DNA of 64,000 nt from Lytechinus pictus. Its lineage: Eukaryota. The first letter of the stretch is position 1. The number at the start of each line of letters is the position of its first letter. The notes below the pieces were generated by a model. It did not search any database. It was not told the DNA's origin and saw only the letters and a program-made list of their open reading frames with translations. This document shows, one piece after another, positions 25,397 to 37,721 of the stretch. Made by a program: the position numbers and the translations under genes. The DNA is taken from positions 30,692,001 to 30,756,000 of the forward strand of contig NC_087245.1 in assembly GCF_037042905.1 (NCBI RefSeq), in the 5' to 3' direction.

Positions 25397-26749
25397 CAGT
25401 GGCGTAGCTACGGGGGGGGGGGGGGCCTGGGGGGCACGTGCCCCCCCCCCCCCCTGAAAAAATTGGCAGAGCAAAAAAAAAGAAAAAAGGGAGAAAGAAG
25501 AAAAGAAAAAAGGAAAAGAAGAAGAAAGACAGAAGCAAAAAAAGAAGAGGAAAATAAGAGGAGGAAGACGAGTGAATGAAATAATGTGAAGGGAAGACTT
25601 GCAAAAAAAAAAATATTTCATGTTACTATTATAAAACTTTTGCTTGCGCTTCGCGCCAGAATTGCATGTTCGATGAGATTCATATCTTGCTCAATAGGCT
25701 GATATGGAGCAAGTTTTGAAGTCAATATACAAAATATATGTTAGCTCGGACATCGAGCTTTCATCAATTTTTTTTTATTAACAAATTTAAGTGCTCTAGC
25801 TGTAAAATGTACATATCAGCAATTTTAAGCTCACGCTGCGTGGTCAAATTGTTTGATTTGCCAAGTTCCTATTGTCTACGTGTATTCCATAATGTTCCAT
25901 TAAACAGATGTATTCAGACTGCCCAGATTCTAGGTCTAAATCTAAAACATGCGCGATAGCCTGCATGTTCTTTATATTATATTATATTAAATGTACTTAA
26001 ATTATCCAGTTTCACATCAGAATATCAATAATTGTCTTCTTACGCTTCACGATCGCATTATTAATGATACCCAATTAACTATCCTATTTATGATTTACAA
26101 AATATGAAGAGTGTCCCGCTTTTAGGTCTAAAATCTCAATTTTATTCCTCTCGCGCTTCGCGCTCGCATCAATTTTTTAGTTACATACCTATTCCATTTA
26201 TTAATACAAAAAGTGCTTAGAATGACAATTTTTTAGATCGGAATGTCAAAAAAATTTGCTCGCGCTTCGCGCTCGCATTATTGAAATATATACCGTCTTC
26301 GTGGGTAACTGTAAGCAGTCCTTAACAGGTCCCTTTTCGATAATGCTAGAACAGTTAATACAAATTTCTGCTCGCGTTTGGCGTTCGCAGTAACCATCTA
26401 GTTACATATGAATCTTGTTCAGGATCACACATAACATTGCCCAGAATATTAAATTTTCAGGACAAAATACATGAAAGTAACAACAACAAAAAATCGCTCG
26501 CGCTTCGCGCTCGCACTTTTTATAAGGCTTATGAGATTATTTCATGTTTATGTTGTTTTATAAGAATAAAACTAAGAATTGACTGATCGGGGGAAATATA
26601 GGTGACGATAATTTCGGGCCCCGTCCCCTATTGGCGAAAGTCGGATCCGCCCTTGTGACACATACACACACAACGGAAAAAATGGTGCCCCCCTGAAAAA
26701 GCAAGGACCCCCAGTGCCCCCCAGGAAAAATATTCTAGCTACGCCACTG
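25397..26749. mobile_element. hAT-like non-autonomous element
   Basis: CAGTGGCGTAGCTA..TAGCTACGCCACTG, perfect 8-bp TSD ATGTGTGG. Confidence 0.9.
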
Positions 26750-26930
26750 ATGTGTGGCCCCAGGAAGCGAGGATGCTATAGGCAGTATACACACCTGCAA
26801 ATCAGGTTGAAAATTAGTAGAGCAAAAAATAAAATAAAATGAAATAAAAACAGTTATTGTTCCCAAATGACGGAGATTTGGGGAGCAATGACCCTTTTAA
26901 TTCTTGTAAAATTTCAAAATCAAAATCTTT

Positions 26931-27980
26931 CCCAGGGCACTGGATCAATGTGAGTAGACCTAAGGACAGTAGAGAGTTTTCGCGACGGGGAATTTCAATC
27001 GGTTCCAGGTGAAACCAATTAGGCAACTGCATCTCAGTTGGTTCCAGTTGTTCCAATTTCCCTATTAAAACCAATTGAATCCAATTGGAGGCAACTGGTT
27101 TCAATTGGTTCCAGTTGAAACCAATTGGAGGCAACTGGTTCCAGTTGAAACCAATTAGTTTCAACTGGATCCAATTGGAACTTCCAGTTGGAATGAACTT
27201 AATTAGTTACAATTTAATTAACATTTGTACTAACTAGTGCTCATGCCAACACAGAAGCGTTGTTATATGTCTATTAATACCAGTAAAGGGCATAGATAAA
27301 ATATAAACTCTCATACATATATAGTTATATGGAAGAGCTTCGAATATATGTACTAGTATTTGTATTTGATGTAATTTGGTAACAGTTAGTGGTGTACTAA
27401 TTATCTTTTAATCTATTGTAATTACAATCTATAATATTTATGAACATGGTTTTCACTGCTTAGTATTAAAAACTTATCTTTAAAAAGTGTGGCACATGAG
27501 AATGAAAAGAAATGAATAGATACATTGTAAATGATGATAAATCACATAAAACGTCAATCTGTACATATTGGCAGATAATATGCAAATCAACTGGTTTCAA
27601 TTGGATCCAGTTGGATAACTGGAAAAATTTCCAATTAGAAACCAATTGGAAGTTATTTCCAGTTACCCAACTGGATCCAGTTAGGATTTCCAGTTACCCA
27701 ACTGGTTCCAGTTAGGATTTCCATTTACCCAACTGGTTCCAGTTAGGATTTCCATGAGTTACCCAACTGGTTCCAGTTAGAAGTCATTTCCAGTTGGAAG
27801 ACATTTTCAGTAACTCAACTGGTTCCAGTTAGGATTTCCAGTTGCCCAACTGGTTCCAATTGGTTTCAATTGGAAATTGTTATATTCCAGTTAAAACCAA
27901 TTGAAACCAATTGAAACCAATTGAAACCAATTGAAACCAGTTGGAAATCCAACTGGTTTCAATTGGATTTTGGTCCTGGG
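26931..27980. mobile_element. CCC..GGG-ended (CACTA/EnSpm-like) element with subterminal AACCAATTGG/CCAGTTG arrays
   Basis: CCCAGG..CCTGGG termini, TT flanks, dense short quasi-palindromic repeats at both ends. Confidence 0.65.
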
Positions 27981-28249
27981 TTCTACAATGCAGCAAATGC
28001 GTTGTAAGTCAAATCTCAATAAAACTTTGTCGAGGGTCGGTGAATCGGAACTGCAGTTTTGTCAGTGACTCTAGACATGGACCTATTACGAATAGGTCCA
28101 TGCTCTAGACAAACGGCGTATTTGCGCTCTTTCGTCAGTTCTGGAACGACGGACGAATTAAACTGTGGTTCCAATTCGCAGACATAAATAGTCTTTGGTC
28201 TATGGAATCGAATGATGTTTTCATTATTTTATTCTTGATTCTTTTCCAG

Positions 28250-28477
28250 TTGGTGTGTTACGGTTTCCTCGCCCTTGTCTTTACCCCGATGATTGCGTTT
28301 TTCTGGGCGTTATTTTTCGCATCGGTCAACCACGGGGTAGTGTGGTGCATCCAGCCTTGCTATAGGACGTTCTACATCGCCTGCAGGCTTTGCCATATGG
28401 TGTACAGGCCTTGTGTTCGACAATGCTTTGATCCGCTTAGCAAACGCGGTGTCAAGGCTCAGCTGACGTTGAATTGA
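28250..28477 (+). CDS. CAV: Caveolin-like gene A, coding exon 3 (intramembrane and spoke region, to stop)
   Basis: ttttccag acceptor. LVCYGFLALVFTPMIAFFWALFFA..VVWCIQP..CFDPL matches caveolin W115, W128, P132 and D157-P158 (CAV1 numbering). TGA at 28475-28477. Confidence 0.92.
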   Translation: MVCYGFLALVFTPMIAFFWALFFASVNHGVVWCIQPCYRTFYIACRLCHMVYRPCVRQCFDPLSKRGVKAQLTLN

Positions 28478-29044
28478 ATGAAGATGATGACAGGGGCCGC
28501 GGAACGGTTTTCAAAGTGGGAGGGCTGAGCCAAAAGTGGGGGGCTGACCATGCAAAAAATCACAATCCTTTGGTCATTTTTACGTTTTTGTACACGGTTT
28601 TGGAAAAAAGCGGGGGGGGGGGGAGGGGGGGGGGCTGAAGCCCCCCAGCCCCCCTCGCTTCCGCAGCCCCTGGATGACAGGCAATGCTTAGGGCCTTTTG
28701 TCATCGTATAGGCCCATCGCCCATCTCTCGATCTCGATCTCGAGAACCAAACAGAGCTTTATACATCAACAACCAGGGATCCGTTCCCTGGTCAAACCAA
28801 TCCTTTCATTGAGTATCATAACAAAACCGAACGGCACGCATAGGCATACTGATTGAGATTTAGGGCTGCTATAGCTGCCCCCTCCTCGAATTTTCACAAC
28901 TTTCGGTATTTAAACCATTTTAATGTATTTTAGCATCATGAATTTCATTGAATCGCTTTTATTATCTGGCCCATAGCATCTGTTTCTACGGACGAGTTTT
29001 TTTTATATTATAATTAATAATAAATCGTTGAATTATTATTGTCA

Positions 29045-30020
29045 TTTTTGTCTCACCTGCATAGCAGAGTGAGACTATAGGCGCCGCTTTTCCGACGGCG
29101 ACGGCGACGGCGGCGGCGGCGGCGACGGCGGCGTCAACACCAAATCTTAACCTGAGGTTAAGTTTTTGAAATGACAGCATAACTTAGAAAGTATATGGAC
29201 CTAGTTCATGAAACTTGGCCATAAGGTTAATCAAGTATTACTGAACATCCTGCCTGAGTTTCATGTCACATGACCAAGGTCAAAGGTCATTTAGGGTCAA
29301 TGAACTTAGACCATGTTGGGGGAATCAACATCAAAATCTTAACCTAAGGTTAAGTTTTTGAAATGTCATCATAACTCAGAAAATATATGGACCTAGTTCA
29401 TGAAACTTATACATAAGGTTAATCAAGTATCACTGAACATCCTGCATGAGTTTCACGTCACATGACCAAGGTCAAAGGTCATTTAGGGTCAATGAACTTT
29501 GGCCGAATTGGGGGTATCTGTTGAATTACCATCATAACTTTGAAAGTTTATGGATCTGATTCATGAAACTTAGACATAATAGTAATCAAGTATTACTGAA
29601 CATCCTGTGCAAGTTTCAGGTCACATGATCAAGGTCAAAGGTCATTTAGGGTCAATGAACTTTGGCCAAATTGGGGTATTTGTTGAATTACAGCCATAAA
29701 TTTGAAAGTGTGTTGGTCTAGTTCATAAAACTTGGACATAATAGTAATCAAGTATCACTGAACATCCTGTGCGAGTTTCAGGTCACATGATCAAGGTCAA
29801 AGGTCATGTAAGGTCAAAGAACTTTGGCCACGTTGGGGGTATTTGTTGAATTGCCATCATATCTCTATAAGTGTATTGGTCTAGTTCATAAAACGTGGAA
29901 ATAAGAGTAACCAAGTATCACTGAACATCTTGTGCGAGTTATAGTAGTTTTCAAAATCAGCACTGCTGCTATATTGAATCGCGTGATGCAGGTGAGACGG
30001 CCAGAGGCATTCCACTTGTT
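29045..30020 (+). mobile_element. Helentron-associated non-autonomous element (HINE/DINE-like)
   Basis: T-run insertion site, subterminal IR GTCTCACCTGC / GCAGGTGAGAC, (GGC)n microsatellite, ~160-190-bp central tandem repeats. Confidence 0.85.
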
Positions 30021-31379
30021 GTTTTTTTTTTTTTTGGGGGGGGGGCTCGTTCCCTTCTCTCGCATTCATATTTTCAAAACAGTGCACAATCTAATATCCA
30101 AAACCTGAACTTTCTCAAAACCCTTGCTTCCGAATTTCGCTGCTAGATTGATCCCGAACAAACGTCAGACTGCAAACAGTGACGTCACTTTTATAATATA
30201 GACCCGTGACTTTTTTTACGGTTTTCATGTAGCCCCTTTCTGCTATTCCATCAAGCATTTTACCTATAGCTGGCCCCTGTATTTTTAAAAATAATGATTT
30301 AACACTTGCTTTTATTTAAGTGCATTATGTCTTTTATCTATTGTTATCATTTAACTGTTACAATTCGTAATTTGATCAAAAAGTGCAGAAATTCCTGTTA
30401 AAAAACCCCCAGCTCATATAGGGTATGGGCCGTATATTCATGATCAGGCGCCAAGCGCAGAACCAGGACTGACCGGGGGTGGGGCAATTTTATTATGAAA
30501 TGTGTTTTTCACTAATTGTCTGGAAAGCAAGGAGGATAGTAAAGAAAATGGGCAAATGAAAGAAAGGGGAAATTTGAGAAGCAAAAAAAAAAAACCGAAC
30601 CCCTCCCCCCAAAAAAAATGTGGTCATCGATCTCCAGTTATCGGAAGCGCTTCACGACCAAGATTTTCTGACCAGCTGCAATTCCTCGATCCACGCATTT
30701 TTAAAAGTACTCATGCATAAAATTCATACAAGTGTTGAGCCAAAATCAAAAGTTATCTGCAAATCAGTGTTACAAATTTCCGATTATTATATTTGGAAAT
30801 GGAATGGTTGTGTTCGGTTTGTTTAAAATATGCAATATCTATATGCATGATCACAAATTCATTGATCTGATGAGAAACATTGGAATCAAGTTGAAAATTA
30901 TAACAAATTAAGATTTTCCAAGTATGTAAATATTCTTAGACATTTCGTTTGTCTAGATAAAGACTTGTATTTACAGTTTCAATTCAGTATGAATATATCA
31001 ACTTGAAATTTTATCCATGGATTATTGTTTGAACGAAATCGCAAAAAAAAATTGTATGTATTGTAAATTAGCTTTCATCAATGGTTTAGGAAAAGAATAT
31101 TAATGTAGGTTAACCGGGGATATTTTCTCGCCTGTGTGTGTTATAATGTAACTATATATTTTCTAAATTTTTGGGGTAGTGAATATGTATACATTGGGGT
31201 TTTTTGTACAATTTCTTGAATATTTATAATAAGATTAACATCGGTGTATAGTTTTCATTTATTTTTCTTTCATGTATTATGTTTTGTGGTGAAATTGCGA
31301 AGCTCTCAATCTATTTCAAAAAATAATAAAGCCACCCTCTGTATTTTTATGTAGAATGTGTTATATATTTATCATTTAA

Positions 31380-31920
31380 TTATTTATTTATCACGTTTTC
31401 TTTAAAAGACAGGGTTGTCCTGTTCAAGCCAATTGGCTTGCTTTTCAGGGGAGCCCTGTCAAATAAACATAGTAACATAACACATACAGAAATAAAAACA
31501 GTGATTGAAAATAAATAATGACATTTCATAGAAAAAATATATGAAATGAATATAAAACATGGAAAATAATTAATACAAAGACAAAGTGTAAAGGACAACA
31601 ATCAATTCAAGTAACGGAAAAAAAGAAAACATAAGACACTGATCGTTTTGGATGGTTACTGAGGATTTTTTTTCAATGTTTCTGGTATTGTCTTAGACGT
31701 CTTTTGACGATTTGGAGGGAAGGAGGTGTTTGATTATGAAGTGGTAGGGAGTTGAAAAGTTTGGTTGCAATATAAGAGAAAGAACGTTTTTTGTTTTCAG
31801 TTTTGGGTTTGGGCAGCTATAATTGATTGTAACAAGATATCGAGTAGGGTAAATGGTATATTTATGGTAAATTTTATTATTCATGTACATTTTAAACATA
31901 TTTTTGTACTTGTTTTTTTG
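31380..31920 (-). mobile_element. Probable LINE 3' end remnant
   Basis: AATAAA-rich tail at the left edge, 3' stem-loop-like segment and decayed coding-like sequence; family not determined. Confidence 0.35.
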
Positions 31921-31939
31921 TTGATGGAATCGAAATATA

Positions 31940-34040
31940 CACAACAAAAAAAGTAAGTCCCCCCTTGAACAAACATCAATAATTTCCGAACCAAAGCGAG
32001 TTTGTGATATATTTTTACATGAGCGTGTAGGTAATTTTATAAGCTACCATCTGAGTAAAAGTTATGGACATATTTTACGTCATGCTTCAGTGAGCACCGT
32101 CAGAAGGAAAAAATGTCACTTTTCAAAAGTCACAAGCCAAATATCATGACTTTGAATCCATTTTATTGGAACTGATTCCACATTCTCATCATGAAAAATA
32201 GTCAGAAGACTTATAAAAGGTACTTTCTAAAAGACGATACAACTTTTTGGCTAAATTTCACGGTTGAATAAACACAAGTCCAAATTTGCTATAATTGGAT
32301 TTTTTTCACACATTTTTATCAATAAAAATGATAGAATATGATGACAGTTATTTTTGGGAAGAGTATCTCCAACAATATTCATCGTTTCACGGTTCAATGA
32401 AGATTTATTGACAACAAGAAATATGATTTTCAAATATCATAGGCAAGTATTGTTTCATTTTGGTAACTGAAACTGATCTTTTATCAACTTTTTCGTTATG
32501 TTCATGACCAATTAACATGCTTCAATGATTCAAAGGCGTTTAATTAAACATTCACGCTTGAATGAACACGTGGAATGTGATTAGCTCTTTTTTGCGTTAT
32601 TGGAAAAATTACAATTTGTAACTATGGATATATGTCACAAACCTCCTTGCATGGTTCATTTGATTTGATTTTTATGAAAATCCCGATGTTTAATGCATCA
32701 GTGAGCACACAATATTCGAAAATTATGCAAATGAGAAGAAAGTTCAAGGCCTTGGCCCCACTCTGTGCCGTATCGAATTGTTATTTTGGTGTGCGCGCCT
32801 TTTGGATAGTGTTACTCTGAAGCCATGTGCAAAGTTTCATGAAATAAATGTTTGCAGAAGTAACAAAAACAGTCCATGAAACAAACCCTTATTTCATATT
32901 TGTTAAAATGTTGACTTCCTCTCTCATAGACTTGTGTACATTATGGGTGCATATGTTTAAGAATCAGTAACCCCTTATTCAATATGGTGGAACTTTTTTT
33001 CAAGGATGTCTTTAGCAATGTCATTTGGCAGTAATGTTTATCAACGTATGGGCAGAATTCTGTGCAAAAATGAAATCGATTTGTTTATTTACGGATGAGT
33101 GAGCACGCATCAAAGTGGGAACATTTGTATTTTCAATGTCACAGACTCATTTTAAAGGGTGATATGGTGAATATTGGGGGCAAATTGGGTTTCAAATGTG
33201 ACTTTAACTGCTGTTGTTTTTAGGATCCATCATTTCTATCACCACACACTTTCCGAACTTTTAACATTTTCATGGTTGAGCGAGCACATTCGAAAACTTA
33301 GGAATGAATACTCTTTATACTGCATAAATGTATTCTTTTCCTAACAGTTTCTCATGATCAGTTTGATTTATGGACAAATCAGGGGTGGATCCAGAATTTG
33401 AAAATGGGGGAGGGGCCTATAATCGTGGGAGCCACCAACATTTTCAAATTTTAATATGACCTAACAAGTTGTTAAGGATACTACCAAAAACCCCTATGAT
33501 GATACGTCACAATACAAGGGCCACGGAAAGGTTTTCAAAGTGTGGGGGAGGGGCTTAGCCAAAAGTGGGGGGGGGGGGCTGCCCATGCAAAAAAAAAATC
33601 ACAATCGTGTGGTAATTTTTTCATTTTTGTACATGCTTTTGGAAAAAAGTTGGGGGCCCCAGCCCCCCCCCCCACCCTGCTTCTGCGGCCCCCGCAATAT
33701 TGTGCTCACTCAACCATGAACATACGATATCAAAATTGTGTGTGGAGTGGCTAAATGATGGATAGTAAAACAGCATTAACACCATAAAATTCACCTAACA
33801 ACAACTTTTGCCAAACTTTGTATTTGCACAATCTGAAAAACGACTCTTGTGACTTTCAAAAATGCTCATTTTTAATTCAATCTTTAATTACTCATGCATG
33901 ACTCAACCGATCAATTTCATTTTCTCCTAGGAGTTGCTTAATGAGTGTAGAAAACCACCTACGAAATATCATATCTCAAAATAATTCCGTTCAAAAGTTA
34001 TAGTAATTTGATTTAGGGGGGACTTACTTTTTTTGTTGTG
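31940..34040. mobile_element. Tc1/mariner-like non-autonomous element with nested MITEs
   Basis: Perfect TIR CACAACAAAAAAAGTAAGTCCCCCCT / AGGGGGGACTTACTTTTTTTGTTGTG, TA TSD, no transposase ORF. Confidence 0.88.
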
Positions 34041-35905
34041 TATAGAATTATTGAATCTTCAATCTTGAAAACCCCTAAAATTTTAGCGAATTCGATTTTT
34101 GGAATGATACATTATTCACAATACAAGAAAAATTAATTTGATCATTATTGTTAAGATTAAACTGTAAAAAAGGGTTTTATCTTTATTTGAATATATTTTG
34201 ATCAGTTGGTGTAACTACTCTACGATCTGATCAACTTATTATGCCTAATACTTTTATTGCACTTTCACAAAATTCATTTTCTTTGGGAGGTAAAAAAATT
34301 ATCAAATTAATGCTTGATTTCTTTTGGATGAGGTAAGATATATTTTGCATGAAAGTTAGTTTGTCTTTAGTGGACCTATAAGCATTGGATCCTGCATGGG
34401 GAAACCTAACCCAGTTGTTATGAATTGTAACAAAATGGCCGATCGAGACTGGGGTAGAAGGAGAGAACTTTTCGTTTTTTTGAGGTTCCAGTTTGTGCCC
34501 AGATGTCAGGAAACTGCCACTCGTTAGACCTTCATCCATATAATCGTGGTAAGTGCATAATTTCTGTTTTCACAATTCATTTGGAGAAATATTTAGACCA
34601 TAAATCACCCTAGTCCCGTGAGTATGGTAAAATACACGGTAAGCCCCTGGGCTCCCTGGGTTAGGGGAAACCGAACCATATATAGAAAGCTATTTTAAAG
34701 GTAAAAACCGAGAAAAATTTCAGAAGAAGCAATAAGTGATAAGGAAATTATGAGCTTGTGACTTGTCATTCGTTCAGTGAAATTCATTTTGTATTATTTT
34801 GTATTTATTGTTTTCCGTTCACAAAATACAAAGAAAGTAACACAATATTACAAAGTTAAATGTATCACAAAGCATGGCAATCATAATTCATGCAACAATT
34901 TGAGAAAGTATTTAAACTTGAACTTAGCTAAATAGAAGAGACTTATCAAAGATAAGTAAAACTTCATTAAATTGAATCTGTATGTATTTGTTGCAAGTGT
35001 GCGTGCGAATGGCATGGTGGATTATAACAACGATGTAATGATTAACAATTGTAGATTGATCACTACAAAAAGAAAATGACAAAACACCATCTTAAAATGT
35101 TTCCAATCATATTTGTATATTTTAAAATAAAAAACACGTAAAAGAAATTTATACATTATGTTATACACTACAGCATATATCTTGTATAGGCCGTATGATT
35201 AATGTGATTCAAATAGATGAACATTTTGTCATGGAAATTATAGATTGCTTAACAGTTATAATCTCTATATATACATATATTATAATTATGGATATCAAAT
35301 AGGTAATAGGGGCCTACCAAATGTCGTGTTACCGAACTTCATGGGTGTAATGTTTAGGGGTGGTTGGCTGAAGCCCCACCCCCCCCCCCCGCATTCCACA
35401 CACACACAAAATGTCTAAATTTAGGCATTTTTTAATTAGGTCTGTTGCATTGTACATTAGCAATAACATTTTTATCCCATTTATTCTAATGTCTGGTCGA
35501 TAAGTCCTTCTTACAGTCATGATTATTACATCATTAATCGCTGATTTAAAACTTATCGGTTTATAGTTCGCTCGTTTCGCCCAATTTTTTTATGTCAATA
35601 TCTGTTTTTAGGAAACTGCATTAATTTACAACGAATTAAACATGTTGAAGGGATAAAATTCACGTCCCAGGTAATGATGGAAGCCTTGTCAAGTCCCACT
35701 AGCGTACAGAAGGGGGGCTTGGGGACATATAGACCCCCCCCCCCCCGGATCTAAACGACTGAGAACAATAAAGGAGAGAATGAAGGAAAGGAAAAGAAAA
35801 GAGTGACATATTATAATATTCTCTGAATATCATGTCATAATCTACCCCCCCAAAAAAAAAAAAAAATAATAATAATAAAAATAAATAAAGTAGAATAAAA
35901 TTAAT

Positions 35906-36650
35906 AAATGGAACGCCTCTGGCAGTCTCTCCTGCATTACGCGATTTAATTAACCAGCAGTGTTAAATATGGAAACAACTAGGATGAAAAAAAGATTCAC
36001 AAAAACACCATTCATAGTGTGATAAATACTAAGTTCATCGACCCTAAATGTCCTTTGACCTTAAACATGTGACCTGAAACTCTTGAAAAAGAATGAGTGA
36101 TACTTGACTAACCTTGTGTCCAAGTTTCATGCCATAGATCCATGCACTTTGAAAATATAGACATTTGAAAATCTCCGATCATGGTCAAAGTTCATTGACC
36201 CTAAATGTGATAAATACTAAGTTCATCGACCCTAAATGTCCTTTGACCTTAATCATGTGACCTAATACTAATGCAATATGAACAGTGATACTGGATTATC
36301 TTTATATTTCCAAGTTTCATGAACTCGATCCATACACTTCCTGATGATAATATCTCAGAAACTTAATTTTGGTTAAGATTCCAATGTTGACAACCAAAAC
36401 ATAGCCAAAGTTCATTGACCCTAAATGACCTTTGACCGTGGTCATGTGAACTGAAACTAATGCAAGATGATCAGTGATATTTCATTATCCTTATGTCCAA
36501 TTTTTATGAACTAGATCTTTATACATTTTTAGTTATGATGGCATTTAAAAAACTTAACCTTGGTTACGATTTCAATGTTGACAACACCGCAACCGCCGTT
36601 GGAAAAGCGGCGCCGTTAGTCTCGCTCTATCCGCTGCAGGCGAGGCAAAC
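35906..36650 (-). mobile_element. Second, older HINE-like copy
   Basis: Reverse-complement homology to 29045-30020 (GGAAAAGCGGCGCC, TGACCTTTGACC repeats, GCCTCTGGC end). Confidence 0.82.
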
Positions 36651-37241
36651 TTGTCAAAATTGTGTAGCTTTTAAAGACATTTTGCCCAATAAGCCATGTC
36701 TGGCCCCCTCAAATATGAGTTACGCTACTATAAAGGCCTATCCTTTAGTTTTGATAAATCCCCCCCCCCCCACAAAAATCGATGTCTCTATTCAAATTCA
36801 TATCAATATGACAGTGCCCTAAAACGGTTACAATAATAGGACACAAAATAAAAATGTGCTTTATTGGCTAAATCTACCGACTTTACATCCAAATATATTT
36901 TGACCGGGCACCCCATCAAACTAAAATATCTGTGTAATTTTGTATTGCCTACATAAAATTCCTTCTCAAGCACGGAACTGGCTGAAAATTGCAGGATACA
37001 ATATCTTGCTATAGCTCCTAATATATCCAATTTCTATATTTGTGAAGTAAGTGTTGAAAAGAATATTTTGAATGAAAATAAATCACTACCGAGAAATGGT
37101 GCTACATAGATGCTATATTTACATTCTAAAGATTCATATTAAAAAAGCTAAACAATGACCACGATACACTGTTGTAATATTGGAACTGGACGATTCTGGC
37201 GCATAATCATGGTCCTTCACCAAAGCCTTGAAAAATGGGCG

Positions 37242-37526
37242 CTAAACTTGGCTGGTTTTCATGTTTAAGGTTATATCCGAATTGTTCAGCCGACACAATG
37301 CCCGGATGTTGGAGAAGACCAAGGAGGTCGAAATCCAGATCGGGTCAAGGAATAGTCGAATGCTTGGAGCGAAGAGGAGACTGGAGATCCTGAGCAACAA
37401 GTAGACAAACTTGATGACGGGTTGGATCAGCCAGATGATGACGACGTGAAAGAGGGCGAAGGCGATTGCCCAGACGAAGGAGAAGATGGGCCCGAGGATG
37501 AGGGTCAGAGTGGCGTACAGGGCGAA
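37242..37526 (-). CDS. CAV: Caveolin-like gene B, coding exon 3
   Basis: tgcag acceptor. FALYATLTLILGPIFSFVWAIAFALFHVVIIWLIQP..FLDPIW..VFSNIR aligns to the caveolin hairpin and C-terminus (CAV1 ..CDPLFEAVGKIFSNVR). TAG stop. Confidence 0.93.
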   Translation of the reverse strand, partial: FALYATLTLILGPIFSFVWAIAFALFHVVIIWLIQPVIKFVYLLLRISSLLFAPSIRLFLDPIWISTSLVFSNIRALCRLNNSDITLNMKTSQV

Positions 37527-37544
37527 CTGCAATTATAGTAATGG

Positions 37545-37578
<34 letters not shown>

Positions 37579-37721
37579 AGTAATAATAATAATAATAATT
37601 GTCACCACTGGTCTCGGGAAATACAAACACGAATTAAATAAGTCTGTAGATTTGTTTAGTGATTATGAGCTAGGTAAAATCATTTACCATCTCTATTACT
37701 CTTTAGAGAAATAATAGAATA

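Noticed and set aside
30867..30885. CTGATGAG..GAAA hammerhead core
   Set aside because: No room for stem II and no supporting stems.
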